DNA of 61,949 nt, filler included, from Choristocarpus tenellus KU-1152 (GCA_964200185.2; 11 parts of 11 records of this genome joined end to end with filler, not necessarily neighbours in it); one strand, 5' to 3'. Shown: positions 12,917-27,219, counted from the whole stretch's first letter. Translations and numbers: made by a program. The notes: generated by a model not told the origin, from the sequence alone.

Positions 12917-14249
12917 TGTGTATATAAAATGTCCTAAACATAAGAATACTATATAAAATGTCACTCTAGGGGCTCCAGTAGGAACAGATGATTTCATTCG
13001 AGCTCACATGGCGGAGGTGATAGAGAGCTCTGGGACTCGAGCTTTAGCTACACACCTCAGCNNNNNNNNNNNNNNNNNNNNNNNNNNNNNNNNNNNNNNN
13101 NNNNNTTAATTAATTAANNNNNNNNNNNNNNNNNNNNNNNNNNNNNNNNNNNNNNNNNNNNGTCCCCCCCTTTTTTCCCCCCCCCCCCCCCCCAAAAAAA
13201 AGGCATTACACACTGCTCCAGACCAGTCAATAAATCTTAAAGGGAAGAATGATAAAAAGTAGTGGAGTGCAAACACTCCTTTCTTTTTGCTATTTTCTTT
13301 TTTGTTCCCAGCACGCCCGCACCAATAGGTTCAATGATCAGACCTTACGCCTCCATTCAAAATACCAACAACAAAAAAAATCAGAACCGTTCCGGGATCG
13401 GCACGGCACCTAGGAACTACACAGCGGGACCTCTCTGCTCACACTGGCGGGGTGGAGCCAATCACAGATAGGTCCTCTCCGAGAGCGTCCAAACCCCTCA
13501 CGGCACTGCGCCCTTCCTGCCCTGACGCGATTGGTACAGCCTTGTTTGCACCAGTGAGAGAGAGGGAGAGTGGATGACAGTGGCATCGAAGTCGATTCCA
13601 CGTGACCTTCCTCCCTGTCAGGTCTGGCGCATACTCTTGCTCCTATCATGGGAGACTGACTCCAACCATCTCCCAACCGAGCCTATTGAGACCCTGCTGT
13701 CTTTTTTGTTCCCTGTGCCTAACCAACCCTCTCTCTACCTCTCTGCAGTAAAACGACCCTTCTTGGGGGCATCCCCCGCAAACGCAAACCGATCGTACAA
13801 CTCCCTCACAAAAGAGCAGGTGTGCAAATAAAAATTACCCCGGGTATAAAGTTTTTTTTCCGTAAGTCCCTCGATTCTTGACAGTCTGTGCATGAGAGGA
13901 GTGACTCCTAGTGTTGAGAGCCAAAAGACCCCCCTTGATGAGTCAGGGGCCCCACTGGAGGCACACAATTTCAAATTACATTTTTTTTTCTTTCTCTTAG
14001 CCTTTCTCTGTTGACAGAAGATAAGTTCCCTTGTAGCAAGCACCCCATACAGATAGACCGGTGTTGATAATGCATTGCTCAAGGGATACTGAACAACAAC
14101 TCCCCGAGGGATTTGAGTTCAAAGGACAGAGATGGACTTGTGGTGGTTTTTATAGTAACGCAGGCGTCTTACGCACAGAATTCTAGGTATCCACGCGTAC
14201 AAGGGTGAACAGGCAAAACACAACCAAAAACATCATATTTATTTTCATT

Positions 14250-14670
14250 ATGACTATTTATTATTATTATTATTATTACTACTATTGATTTTAATGCTAC
14301 TACTATTATTACTACTAATACTACTACTGCTGCTATTTTTATTATTACTAATACTATTATTATTATTACTACTACTACTACCGCTACTAGTACTATATCA
14401 TATTATCATACCCTCTGACATTTTCCAGATGTGACAGGGGAAAAACCAATGAAAACTATTACACTATTATTACTACTATTATTATTACTACTACTACTAC
14501 TATTACTACTATTACTACTACTACTACTACTACTATTACTGCTACTATATCATATTATCATACCCTCTGACATTTTCCAGATGTGACAGGGAAAAAACCA
14601 ATGAAAACTATTACTATTATTACTATTATTATTACTACTATTATTACTACTACTATTGTTATTGTTATTT
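14250..14670. repeat. Compound (TAT/TAC)n microsatellite containing two tandem family-T copies
   Basis: Directly visible. The two near-identical T copies are about 152 bp apart. Confidence 0.9.
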
Positions 14671-15856
14671 CTCAGGCGTCAACTTGGAATAGCACCAAAG
14701 GGGGGCTCGAACTCAAAAACGATTGCACTTAAAAGTAGAAGATGAAACAAAAAGTAGGCAGGATATGTGGTTATTTCCGGAAAAGGGGCTTACTGGCGAT
14801 TCCTGAGCATTCCGGCGCCTGAGCTGTGGGAAGCCAGCACATCGACCCGATGGCAGTACAGCTTGCAGATGTGTAGTCCTCGGTCCCAGTCCCTCCTCAG
14901 TACCTCAAGTACATCAGAAGTACAAGGGGTTCAGATAGTGGAAGGTACCAGGAGTTCCATTTTTAGATGTTGGAGGTGGAGGAGGCGGTGACAAGGATGT
15001 GAGAAATTTACAACAATCCACATATCAATACTATTACTACTACTACTGCTACCTTGCTATGCATAGAGAGAGGTTGGACAGAAGTTTGAGGGGGGGGGGG
15101 GCTCCTCAGAACCAGGAGGAATTAGACTGGCAGCATGTGTGAAGTACATACACATATATAGGTGTATATGTACATACAACAGACCAGGACGTCAACGTGA
15201 TGTCTATGAACTCTGCACGATAGAATGTAATCAACAATCAACAATCAACGATCAGCATCAGCTGCAAACCCCTGAAAGTCTGAAGTAATATAAAAGTAAA
15301 CAAACACTTGCATGGAGCTTCGTCAAACAAAACACACAAGACAGGCACAGAGACAGGACGCCCTCTATCAACACACAACACATACACTAAAAGGAAAAAA
15401 AAAATCAGAAAATTCTCTGGGAAACACGCCATACAAAATACCACTGTCGGAGCGATCCAATCAAAATGGTCTACAGTAAAAAAAAACAAAAAAAAACTCA
15501 CAACCATTATCACAAAAACTTGATTCACAAATACAACGGGAATCGACCCAGAAGTGTCCATTCCCATCACAACCCAAGCACGCAACTTAACATCAACAAC
15601 AATGCACAGCTAACTCCAACCACCCCAACCCCCCAACCCCCCACCACCCCCCCACCCAAAAACATAGCTTATCCCAACACTACCCCTCACCTCTTCCCCA
15701 CAAGACTTGCACAGCACAACGTAATGCAGGCAGTCGCCTAGCTCATGCACCCATGCAAAAGCCGTAGCCCCCCCTTCTCTTCCACGTATCTCTCCTTCGC
15801 CAGCGGCCTCATCCGGCGGACCATGGGTGTCCCTCACCCCAGCCGCCCCAATCATT

Positions 15857-15878
15857 GGGTTAGGGTTAGGGTTAGGGG
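15857..15878 (+). repeat. Interstitial telomere-like (TTAGGG)3
   Basis: GGGTTAGGGTTAGGGTTAGGGG. Further 2-3 unit tracts near 41499, 50951, 58314, 58386, 58962, 59313, 60659 and 61204. Confidence 0.75.
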
Positions 15879-16745
15879 CGCCGCTGCTAAGGCCTCCCGC
15901 ATACGAGCAGCAGCCATAGGCTCTAAGGGGACACCCCCGAGGGAACATAGTGGGAGCCTCACTCTCCTCAATTGTGTGATTCAACACATGGGTGCTATAC
16001 TCTGTCGACGGCCAAAGGGGGAGGAGGATGGGGTGATGTTAAGCGCGGTCGTCGGTACGGGGTTTGCATCAGAACCAATTATTTCAAACGTATATATGAA
16101 ATCTGTATGTTGACGAAGAAGGCTCAACAGTGCTCGCCCTCCTTGGAGCCCAAAAGCTGTCACCTATTGGTGCTGAATTGTGTTCTGTACCCATAGCTTG
16201 CACCTTGCTCCTCTTACTGGCTGTCCTCTACCGTCAGACTTTAAAACGGAACAATTATTTCAAACGTATATATATATATATACAGTACTTGAGTGTGCAT
16301 TGAAACGACATCGATCGATTCATTTTTTTTAGGTAGTTGCAAAATAAAAATGTAACGGTGTTTGAACTGAGGAGGAAAAGTTTGGTCACAATAAGACAAA
16401 AGGACAAAAAATGAAAGGGTCAGTCGGGGGCCAGGAGGGGGGATCGGTGTGAGTAGTAGAACAATTATGGAGGCCTAAGTGAAAGGAATGTTGTATAGAG
16501 ATCCGAGGTCCTCTCAATGTGGACAAAATGGAGTCTTGAGCACGTATGAATCGCAGCGAAGTAAATAGCTTGTAACATACATTTATCGATAGTTATTTTT
16601 ATTATTTATTCTATCATGAATACAAAACTATTCTCATAATTTCATGTCAATGAAAAAAAAACGCCCTTCCTATTTTAACGTCCCTTGTACTTGGGTTTCA
16701 CACCACAACTACAGTCACCGTAAAAATAAGTTTCACAAACGTAAA

Positions 16746-16957
16746 CATCATGCTAGTATCACATGCTCATATCACATCCTTGGATCACATGCTAGTATCA
16801 TATGCTTCTATCACATCATTGGATCATATGCTAGTATCATATGCTTCTATCACATCATTGGATCACATGCTAGTATCATATGCTTGGATCACATGCTTGG
16901 ATCACATGCTTGTAATATATGCTAGTATCACATGCTGGTATCACATGCTTGTATCAC
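16746..16957. repeat. 13-bp minisatellite with 39-bp higher-order repeat
   Basis: About 16 monomers of ATCAYATGCTWGT type. The first part is organised as (ATCACATGCTAGT-ATCATATGCTTCT-ATCACATCATTGG)x3. Confidence 0.9.
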
Positions 16958-17436
16958 CAACAAACTCTCCCTAAAAAACAAGATATCTCTGAAAGTCAAA
17001 GTCAGTACACAAATCCAAACCTCGATTTTTTTTTTATTGAGGAAACCATAAAGTACATCAAACAGAAATTTCTTGATGAGAGGAAAGGACCTCCGAAAAA
17101 CAATAAAAAACTAGAAAACATACATTACACGTATGTCAATGCCGATTAGATTACATACCAAAAGGGGACAGGACAAATTAACGCCTCGCCTCCTCTTTTC
17201 AATATCACTATCAAACACACAACTTCCTCAAACTCCTCTTGTCATTGGTACTGATGAAATTCAGACAAAAAAATATACACAAACAGGAAGATTAAAATAT
17301 ATATATATATATATAGTTTTTTTCATTTTTGATCTTCTGTCCTTGATTCTTTTTCATCACTACTACTCTTATTTCTATTTTCAATATTTTAATTACACCG
17401 AATAAATTATTTTCTTTGAAATACGATAAAAAAGAA

Positions 17437-17467
<31 letters not shown>

Positions 17468-18935
17468 TTACTTATTTTGTTTCTTGAATGGACTCGTCCG
17501 GAAGGAAGGGGTCCGGACTGCTCATAGGACACACACAGAGATATACAGTGAAAGAGATGAGGTGTCGGCGACAAACACTGCACACGGCGCATGGAAACAC
17601 TAGTGCGACCTTGACGTACAAAGGCAAAGAGAGTCCACGATGTCTATTCATGGCAGCGGCTTCAAGGGTCTATTCATGGCGGCGGCTTCAAGGGTCTATT
17701 CATCTCAGCGATGGGTTCTGGTGTACAGTTCCTGCCCCTTGCTCTGCGACACGCTGCCAGTCCCAAGCAAGCACCTTTCACCCAGCGACATCTCACCTTT
17801 CACCTCCGGTGGCTGTTTTTTTCCTCGGCCAATTCATGCACGCGAACTCTTGGCAACACCAGTCTCTTTTTTAAAAAATAAAAATAAAAAACGAAAAGGT
17901 CTGTCGGTCATAGAAAAAAAATAAAAAAAAAATAAAAAAAATAAAAAATAAAAAATAAAAAAAAATTATACGGTGAGATTCTTGATGAATAATCTCAACA
18001 CTTAAAAAAAAATCCGTCTGTTGCTCAAGATAGATTAGATAATAATGTAGAATTGGGAGCGAAACTAACTTCAATAAGAGAGCAGCAAATTAGTGCCTCT
18101 TTAAAAGGTAAAGATGTCTTTGCAACTCGGACTCACTGCACGTATCTCAACTGCCACACTAAAAACTGCACTTCCCACACGAAAAACACCGCACTAACAG
18201 TTACGCAGGGTAACAAACATGCCTTCCAAGGTTTTGTTCTGGAGCGCCCGCCGAGAAATGAGTCGGCGAGCGGACGCACGAGATGGAGATCGCGGCGGAG
18301 ACAAGATGCGGTCAGGCGCGCACAGACTTTCCGCAGTGTGATAGAGCCGGTTTGTTTAGCCAGCACAAGACGAAGCCAACAGTTCGAGAGGGAGGGGCGC
18401 GCGCGATTTGTGCGAGCACAACGCACGAGAACACGAGAAGAAGAGTCGACGCCCTCAAACTTGAACGCAGGAGGTGCGACATGTCGAGCAGACATTCGAT
18501 ACGGAATAGAACCAACAACTTGAGGCTAGATAGAGAGCCGGTCCAACCCGCGGTGGGGTGTCGAGCTTGTAATCAACATACATTTTCTAACAACCCTTTT
18601 TTTTTTACCCTAACCCGGTTTGTTTGTTTGTTTTTTTCTAAAATCATTCGGCACCCGCACGTGCTCGCGCAGCAAGCGGACACACGAGGATGAGGGCCAG
18701 CACTTCGGGGCGGACAACAATAGTACGGACACATGACACGTGACGGTATTACACAGTAACGGTACACACATGCTAGCGGGTGTTCAGAGTCCTGGCAGGC
18801 GTTGTACCACAGAACAAACAAACAAACAAACAAACAAACAAACAAAAACATTCACATAGCGAAGGTCAATGATGGTATCGGACGCGCACCGAGTCAACAC
18901 GCTCAGGGTGAGATAACAAAATGTTTTTTTTTTAA

Positions 18936-18970
<35 letters not shown>

Positions 18971-21031
18971 TTTCCTTATCGGTTTTCCTCCTCCCAACAT
19001 TTGGGACACTTGACCCCCCCCCCCAGACAGGAAGCTAGGTGACCCCCCCCCTNNNNNNNNNNNNNNNNNNNNNNNNNNNNNNNNNNNNNNNNNNNNTTAA
19101 TTAATTAANNNNNNNNNNNNNNNNNNNNNNNNNNNNNNNNNNNNNNNNNNNNTCACCAAGAGTGGCAACAGATAAACTATTACTTGTTTAAAGTATAGGG
19201 TATAGGCGGGAAAAAAGCCTCCCCACCCTTTCTTCCTGTTTGTTCGTGCACCCACTCTTTGACCTCAGCAAGGATGTCCACGTCAACGCCCAGAACGAAA
19301 CGCCTCTCATAGCGTCCTTGCTCGGACACATTGATGTGACCCTTAGTTAGGAAATCTCTCTCCTATTTACTCACAGTTTCTGACCTGACCATTGCATACC
19401 CTGCTGCCATCTCGAGTGCCGTTTGACGATCTTTTACGTCGTTCATACACAGGTACAGGGTTCGCAGTGTTAGAGCACTTATCATCACATTTCCTTGTTG
19501 AGGGCTGGAAATGGGCGTCGTCCGAGTTTCCTGGGTGGGTGATATTTTTTTCATCAAGGCGCAAGGGTGAGGGAGAGGACACGCTTGAGTTGATCGAAAA
19601 GTGTGTCGATTTCTCAAATAAATGCAGACGGGAAGAAAGCCTTAATCAACTTTATACGTCCAACCCTAAGTCCAGGAACAAAAGAGAATGTACAGCATCT
19701 TGCAAGCAGTGGGAGACACCAAACCATCGATGTGCACATAGTCTCAATCTCACCTCCTCTTTTTCCCTGGCATCCTCATCGATGGCTACCTCCATCTGCT
19801 TTGCGACCTCTTCTAAGTAGAAGATTTCGTGGTATCGAAACGTCTCCGCAACTGCCTTTGTTATGATGGCTTTCTCCTCCGTCTTGCGAGCCCTTTCGAA
19901 CTTCTCTCGGACTTCAGAGCCCTTGTAGCCCAACCTAACACCTTCTTTCTCGTTTCCTTAAGCCACTTAGACTTGCATAGCTTCCAAACAGCTAGGGCCT
20001 GCTGCAATTGTCGACTACTAAGATATTATATACCTGGGTTTCGCCTAGGCTTTTCCTGAGCGCAATGGTATGCAGTGGCACTGCTCTCCTCCCCAACCTT
20101 CCATTGAGGCGGCCACTCTGGTTCTCCCTTCGCCCGCTGTGACCAGGCTTCCCCACAGACTTCGTCGCTGTACCACCTGATGATGGACTTGCCGCTCTCT
20201 CCCTGCTTTCCCGAGGTGGAAGGGACTGCAAGAGCAGTGCACCAACGTGATTGAAGATCCAATCACGTTTGTGTGGTAATGCTTTCCGTGCATCTTCTCT
20301 CAGCATCAGTGTCGTGGCTACGTGATCCATTGCACGATTTGATCATGCTGCTGCATCACACCACTCGCACTTTCTCGTTGCCTAACATCGCATATCGCAC
20401 TGAGTCTCAAGGGGGATTAATCGCAAGTGCTGTTCACGTTCTGCGGGCCCTCCTTATCGCCTCCTTGTCAACACTGCCGGCCTGCCCATGCAACGCCACT
20501 CTTCTCGTCATTTCATGGCACGAAATCGACGAGAATGATATTGCAAGTAGTATTTGTGCCCAAGTCAAAATGGCATGTCTTTTTGTCCGACATGCCTTAT
20601 CTAAGCATGGCTTGCCCTATAAGGGTTACACACCCCACCCCACCCCACTGGGTAGGGTTTTATCGTGTCATGTCAAAAATTGAGGAGATTGTGCAGGTCG
20701 CATTTGTGCAATTTAGGGTGAGCGACAAACGCCGCAGCTACACGTACCCCCCATCGCTGAATACGATATCTTCCTCTTCCTCCATGTCAAGGGAGGGTGA
20801 TACCCCACCAATTCCTCACGGTTTGACAATAAGATAAAAGAATGCCCGATCGAGGATCGAACCAATAATGTGAAGATAGGAGGAGCTTCTAGTTGTAGAC
20901 ACCACATAATCTCATACTAAGTAGTACGTAATATGGAAACGAAGAGAAGAATCCACGTTCATCGTGCGATTTGGAAACCTCCAGGTCGGTCCCCTTTGCA
21001 CTATAAATAGAAATGATAGAAGTGTCGTGAG

Positions 21032-21562
21032 TCAGGGTCCAATCAGTCGTGGGGTGGTGAACTCAGTCAAACTGTAGCCACTGTCATGTCTGTTGAAAGA
21101 TTTGAACAGTATTTTGACTGATGGTTGGTGGATTAACAATGGGTATAGGAGAAATTTTAAGAGTGGCTGGAATGCAAACTGCACTCCCAGAAATGATATT
21201 TCTTCTCTATCCCAATTCAACTTCGGCCCAAAAGCAGCCACGATACCGTTGTCCAAAAGTATTTTGTCAACACCTAAAGAGGGTAGAACAACTGCTTGAA
21301 CAGGTGGTGTTATATTTCCCAAGGTAAGTTGAAATTGAATGAAGCCATGTACTTGCAAAGGTCTTCCCCCGACCCCTTTTAAGTGTAAGGCACCATCTCC
21401 TATAGGACTGATGTGAGCTGAACAAAGGGTGGGATGAGCTTGCATGTAACGATAGCTAATGACCGTTATGTCAGTTTCGGTATCAACTGTGATGTGTAAA
21501 ACTGAATCATCATTATTTTGCCAGGAATCGATACTCGACGAGATGAAACCTGCAAAGTACAA
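21032..21562 (-). pseudogene. Ty3/gypsy retropepsin (aspartic protease) relic
   Basis: LHITVDTETDITVIS (degenerate DTG motif), LKGVGGRPLQVHGFIQFQLTLGN, ILLDN..V...G.KLNW: a typical gypsy protease pattern. Confidence 0.75.
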
Positions 21563-22570
21563 GGGTGTTTAGAGTAATGTTGAATCGCAGATGTATGCCA
21601 ACAACACACTGACTTGGTGCAACACATTCGTGATATTACGAAGTCCTTACCCACTGATCCAATAAAGTTGGAAGAATGCTTCACTGCTGAGGATGTTATT
21701 TTTTGCATTAACAAAATGAGTCTGAGGCAGTGGGTTGTAATTTGGCCAATTTGAGTGATCAGCCATTGTAGGTTTTTTCACTGCAGGGTTGGAGCCAAAA
21801 GAATTGTTAGAAACATGTGACTGAGACAGTGTTTGTTCAAATGCATCATCGAGTGGTCGATTTGATGAACAACTTGGTTGACTGTCCTCTTCTGGGTCGG
21901 ATCCCAAAGAAAAATTGTGAAGGTCTGGTGTAGGCAGGTGTTGCCCGTGTCCTTTCCTTACTTAGCCTATCTGAATGGCAATTTGTAACAACATTGCTCA
22001 CTTCTGGTAAGGAAACCAATGGAATATTAGAAAAGCGTGACCGAGACAATTATTGCTCAAGTGCACCATCAATTAGCCTATTTGAGTGACAACCTATCAA
22101 AACACGGGTTTGTTCACAACTGGGTAGGATACCATGAACTAGGAAAGGCCCAAAAAATAAGAAGTCCTTTAGTCTGACACAGTTACGCCTTTCTCCCTTC
22201 TTTATTTGCCTCAGAGAATTTTATGTCTTTAATGTATTTGACAGAAAGAACTTTCACTGTAAATGGCGGCTAGAACGAGGTGCTGTACTTATCTGTCCAC
22301 GAGTAACTTCAACCAGGTTGGACGTGGCTGTCAGGATTGAGATGACTAGCGTGAAATCATGAAGGATGCCACGTATCAAGTCTCTGAGTATGTACTGACT
22401 GGCATTATCCTCTATGACCTCCATCAAGATTCCATATTCCTCTCCAATTTCTCCCCGAACCTCAACCCGATACCCCAATGGTGTATCAAAATGGAAAGGT
22501 GCCCTTGTTTGTCCGTCGCCTCCCTTTCTTGCTTCTGTAAGTCTCCCAGGGTATGCCTTCCACTAAATCA

Positions 22571-23072
22571 GTCGTAAGGATTGCGGATGTGCCATGTGGG
22601 CTTGGCGGAGGTGACGAGATCTTATCTAGAGAAGGTTGAGTATTGCCTTTGCATCCTCAAACTCGTACTTGTCTTCGTCCGCATTTTTATTTATGTTGCC
22701 ATGATATGGACTTCTAACTTGGTGAAATATTGGCGTGAGTACCACTGTCGTGAGGCAGGGTCGAATCAGTCGTGGGGGGTGTTCAGAATCACCAGTTGTG
22801 TCACGGTGTGATGCTTCCAGCAAACCCAAAGCTCTCTCAGCCATCAAATCTTAGGAGAAGTTTGAAGAGAATCCCAGATCCACCGGATGACATCACATCT
22901 TGGTGATCGTCACGGCAAGAGGTCTGAGGATTCTCAAGAGTTCTCTGTGTTTGATATTGGTGGGAACATCACCAATGAAAAAGAGATGTGCGCGCAATGC
23001 ACTTGTGTTTGCCCGCGGATGTGTATCTGGACTGAGATAAGCTCCCCCCAAAAAGGGGCCCATCCGTCACAG
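22571..23072 (-). repeat. Dispersed ~500-bp repeat, copy 1 (decayed TE coding sequence, possibly LINE ORF1)
   Basis: Aligns along its length with 26712-27219 on a different contig. The minus strand encodes FxIGDVPTNIKHxELLRIL (RRM-like) with frameshifts. Confidence 0.8.
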
Positions 23073-24885
23073 AACTACTATTGCGACTTCCATATATGTT
23101 CCCAGAGGTGCAGTAGTAGGAGTGTGTTCCAAGTTTGCAGTATGGTGAGCAAAAAGAAACGCTAACTTAGAGGAGTTGTAGAGGTTGAACGAGGTAAGCA
23201 GGGAATTGGATCTCGGAACGTGGTACAGTCAGGTAGCAGTAGCAAAGTAGTAGTATCATAGTTCAACAGCATTATTATTCCGCATAAATGGTCGATAGTT
23301 AGGGGGCAGAGAAACGTTCTTTCACAATTATTTGACACCTTTTTTTGTAGAAACTTCGAACCTATCTCGGTAAAAGTATGTATGCACACAGATTCCTTCC
23401 ACCTGAGGTAATCTCGGTACTAAATATAAATATATATATATATTGTGAAACAGGTGGAAACAGCCGACAGGTTCTTCGTAATGAAGGGGAGCGGGAAGAC
23501 CCACAGNNNNNNNNNNNNNNNNNNNNNNNNNNNNNNNNNNNNNNNNNNNNTTAATTAATTAANNNNNNNNNNNNNNNNNNNNNNNNNNNNNNNNNNNNNN
23601 NNNNNNAAACACACAAAGGCCAGAACCAGAACAACGTGGGGGGGGGGGGGATCAGAAGAGAGGAAAAGATTGTCTTAGGGGTGGGGTTGGGGCTAGGATT
23701 TAGCATTTGTCTACTCTTTCGAAGGGATTATACAGAGGAAAAGTATACCGTGAAAGGTTACAATGTAACCGATGGAGTAGTCAATGGGTCGCATTCAGAA
23801 CAATGAATGGAATGGATCTACAACCATATTTAGATAGCCAGTGGCATGCCTTCACTTTGCAACCTCCACTTGTCCCCCTCACGATGATTGTTATAGGTAT
23901 CACTTCTGTCCCAGGTTGGAGTGTTTGGAACAAGTTGAAAGAATTACTACACTGTTGATCAGCAGGGGTAATGTGAAAGGCAACACTAGCCCGAGTCTTT
24001 TCCAGTCAAATGAGGTACATAGTCCTTACCCTCGAAAGGAAATTTTGGGGAAAGAAAAAAATATATAATATTTGCTCTCAATCTTGTTAATACAACATGT
24101 TATCACTATCAATAGAACAATACAGCCAATCACAGCTCCTGATAATAGTCGATTGCGCACACATGGACATCAATGCCCAGATATGTGCCAGAAAAGTTCT
24201 TGTAGTGAGATCGGCAAAATAGAATGTTCTGCAAATAGATGAACACGCAAACCTTACTTTTCCTTCTTATTATACTCCCCCAAGTACACAAGAAGAGAAG
24301 AGGAACACTAGAGAACGCCCTGAGGTTACTCTATATGAACAAAACTGACATGTAGACCATTGTCAGAACACGATACATATTCTGCTGCTTACTTCAACAA
24401 AGCAGTTCAAGTTTTCGTCTCACTCACAGCTCTACACGGTGATGGAAGCAGGCCACGATCCTCCCAGCTTGCACTCCTACCACTTCCAACAGCGTCTAAA
24501 AAGGGTTTGTTGCATTGTGTCACTACGCAGTTCTTACCTTATTTTCGGGCAGCAACGACAGATGAATTTGCAACAACGCGGTAAAAACACACTGGTACAC
24601 GTGTCGGAAAATGACTCTTACATATGAATCATTATACCCTCCGGCTCCCAGATCGAAACGCTAATTACATCCTGTCCGTGATGCGCCATACTAGTTGAGC
24701 AGATGAAGTACCCTTTCCCTTTTCAAGGATCTGTACCTAGGAAACACGGCCTGAAACAACCCAACACTCATTCCTCATGTGAGGAGGCGATCGAACGCTT
24801 CCTTGCAATATAGAACAACAAATTAAGAGTGTCTTACATTCCAGTAGAAGTACTTCAACTCATCGCATCCTCAACATACGCTCAC

Positions 24886-25900
24886 CGAGCTGAAGAGTTT
24901 CGACCCCCAAAGTGTTATCAGTTACCAATGGTGTTGGCTGGTGCAGGACGAGGGTAGAGAGCTCCTTGTAGTCACCAGAGACGTCCAGAAATATTGCCCA
25001 CATATCTGCTTCATTAACTGTGGACAGCTCCAGCAAGATCCCGCCGTAACCTGCGTAAACATCGATGAACTTGAAATTGAAAACACAGGACAAGACGCGA
25101 TAGAATGGAAAACAAGAGAGCTGGCCAGAATACCTGCGACAGGCTGAATATCGCAGGAGACCATGCATGCCATTGCATTGGGCTCATCCCATAGTGGATG
25201 GAGAGTGTAGTTAACTTGTAAGGTAGACACGACTTGAAAGAGCTTCAACTAACGATATTCCTGCAACATGCACGGAATAGATTTTCCAAGTAAAATACAG
25301 CCATACTGCCTAAAAGGCATAGGCGCCACCACTGTATAACAACTATTTTCATCACACGGATACGTATAGAGAGAGATAATTAGCACAGAGATTATGAGCA
25401 CAGACTTGCAAATACATCTGTTGGGATCGATCCTCTCTTACAACCTTTACCCCAAGTCGGAAAAAAAAGGGATTTGCATATGGATCGTATCTGCAAAACT
25501 AATTCCCGCTCTCAACCATTTGGGGCTCAGATAAACCAATCGCTCGCTTATGCTCGCTTACCTTCTGGACACAACTGATCTGGCGAGGGCACTCCACTGA
25601 AGAAGTTGGACATGGTCACCTCCACTGTTCTCTTTTGAGAGACCAAATCCAATAATTGTGCTCGTTGTCTACATCCAGCATAGGCATCCACTTGAAACAG
25701 CCCAAACGAAGCCATCAGCCAAAATATGGCATGTTTCTGGGGTCTACACCTCAAATCCACTCCTGTACCTCCATTGTGCCTTTCACGCAAACAACCACTA
25801 CCCAGCCCAAATCGTGTCCACTTTGCAGGAGACACAGACTGACTACATTCGCGTTGATGTAAGGACAGCAGCAGAGGGTCAAGTAGACGATTGAGCATAC
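24886..25900 (-). pseudogene. Spliced exon-like fragments of an unidentified, apparently disrupted gene
   Basis: GT/AG-bounded segments join as ...CDIQPVA/GYGGILLELSTVNEADMWAIFLDVSGDYKEL... All three phases hit a stop at the upstream junction (donor at 25561, acceptor at 25261). Confidence 0.3.
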
Positions 25901-26711
25901 CTCTCTTGGAATATGGGGAGTCCGTCTTGCGTACCCCTCCCGTCCAATTCGACTGGGATAACTAGCATCGTCTATGTACTAGTAAGTAGAAGAGGGAGAT
26001 GATAGATGATGCAAACAGTCGATTTAATTCTTGGATAGGAGAACCTTGGGCCAGATCCCAATAAGACCAGTGCAGAGGCGCTTATATCGGACGGTAGATC
26101 TATCTATCCTTCTTGTAGTCATATATTCCGAAATATATATTCTATTATACTACATAATAAATAGTAGATAACTAAACCCTCCGATTCCATACAATTTTCA
26201 TCTACAGCAAACTGAAAAAATATGGTGCTTGACCTTCATACTTGACATATCTCCTTGAAGAAAATGAGTAGAGGATTGACACCACTATAAAGGTATTTTC
26301 TTATTTTCACCAAATCATTGCCTTACTCACTGTTTTGGTGATGACATAGGAATGGGAAAATTCATCTTATCTAACGTATTATTTATTGTGTTAATACTAC
26401 CGTAATTAGTGTTCAATGATATTCTGTCAATGTCAGAGGGCATAATAATATAATATTCTGGCATCACTATACATGTTACTTGTTGTCCAAATATATCCAC
26501 AGAATATGTTGATCGGCATAACCTGTAAAAATACTGATTGGATATTTTGTGGACATTAGAGGAAAGTAGTTCCTTGTTTTGATGCAGTTATGGTGGAAAA
26601 ATTGTGTAGCTGATTGAAATTATGATGGAAAAGGAACCAAAACATGGTCAAGTCAGGTTTTGTGTAGTAGTAGTACATTTTGAATGGTAGTGCCACCTAT
26701 TTATATGTACT

Positions 26712-27219
26712 GTCGTAAGGATTGCGGGTGTGCCAGGTGGGTTTGGTAGAGGTGACGAGACCTTATCTAGAAAAGAGTATTGCCTTTGCATCCTCTCAAA
26801 CTCGTACTTGTCTTCGTCCGCGTTTTTGTTTGATGTTGCCAAGATATGGACTTCTAACTTGGTGAAATCCCCTTTAGACTGTCGGCGTGAGTACTACTAT
26901 CTTGAGGCAGGGTCCAATCAGTCGTGGGGGGTGTTCAGAATCTCGAGTTGTGTCATGGTGGGGTGCTTCCAGCAAACCCAAAGCTCTCTCAGCCATCAAA
27001 TCTTAGGAGAAGTTTGAAGAGAATCCCAGATCCACCAGATGACATCACATCTTGGTGATCGTCAACGATAAGAGGTCTGAGAATTCTCAAGAGCTCTCCG
27101 TGTTTGATGTTGGTGGGAACATCACCTATGACAAAGAAATGTGCGCGCAATGCACTTGTGTATGCGCGCGGATGTGTATCTGGACTGATATCAGCTCCCA
27201 AAGGACCTGTCCGTCACAG
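26712..27219 (-). repeat. Dispersed ~500-bp repeat, copy 2
   Basis: Homologous to 22571-23072 (shared CAAACCCAAAGCTCTCTCAGCCATCAAATCTTAGGAGAAGTTTGAAGAGAATCCCAGATCCACC). Confidence 0.8.

Noticed and set aside
14690-14745. tRNA or SINE-like B-box on the minus strand (GAGTTCGAGCCCC); similar at ~47750 and ~51100
   Set aside because: No A-box or cloverleaf can be built; at most SINE debris.
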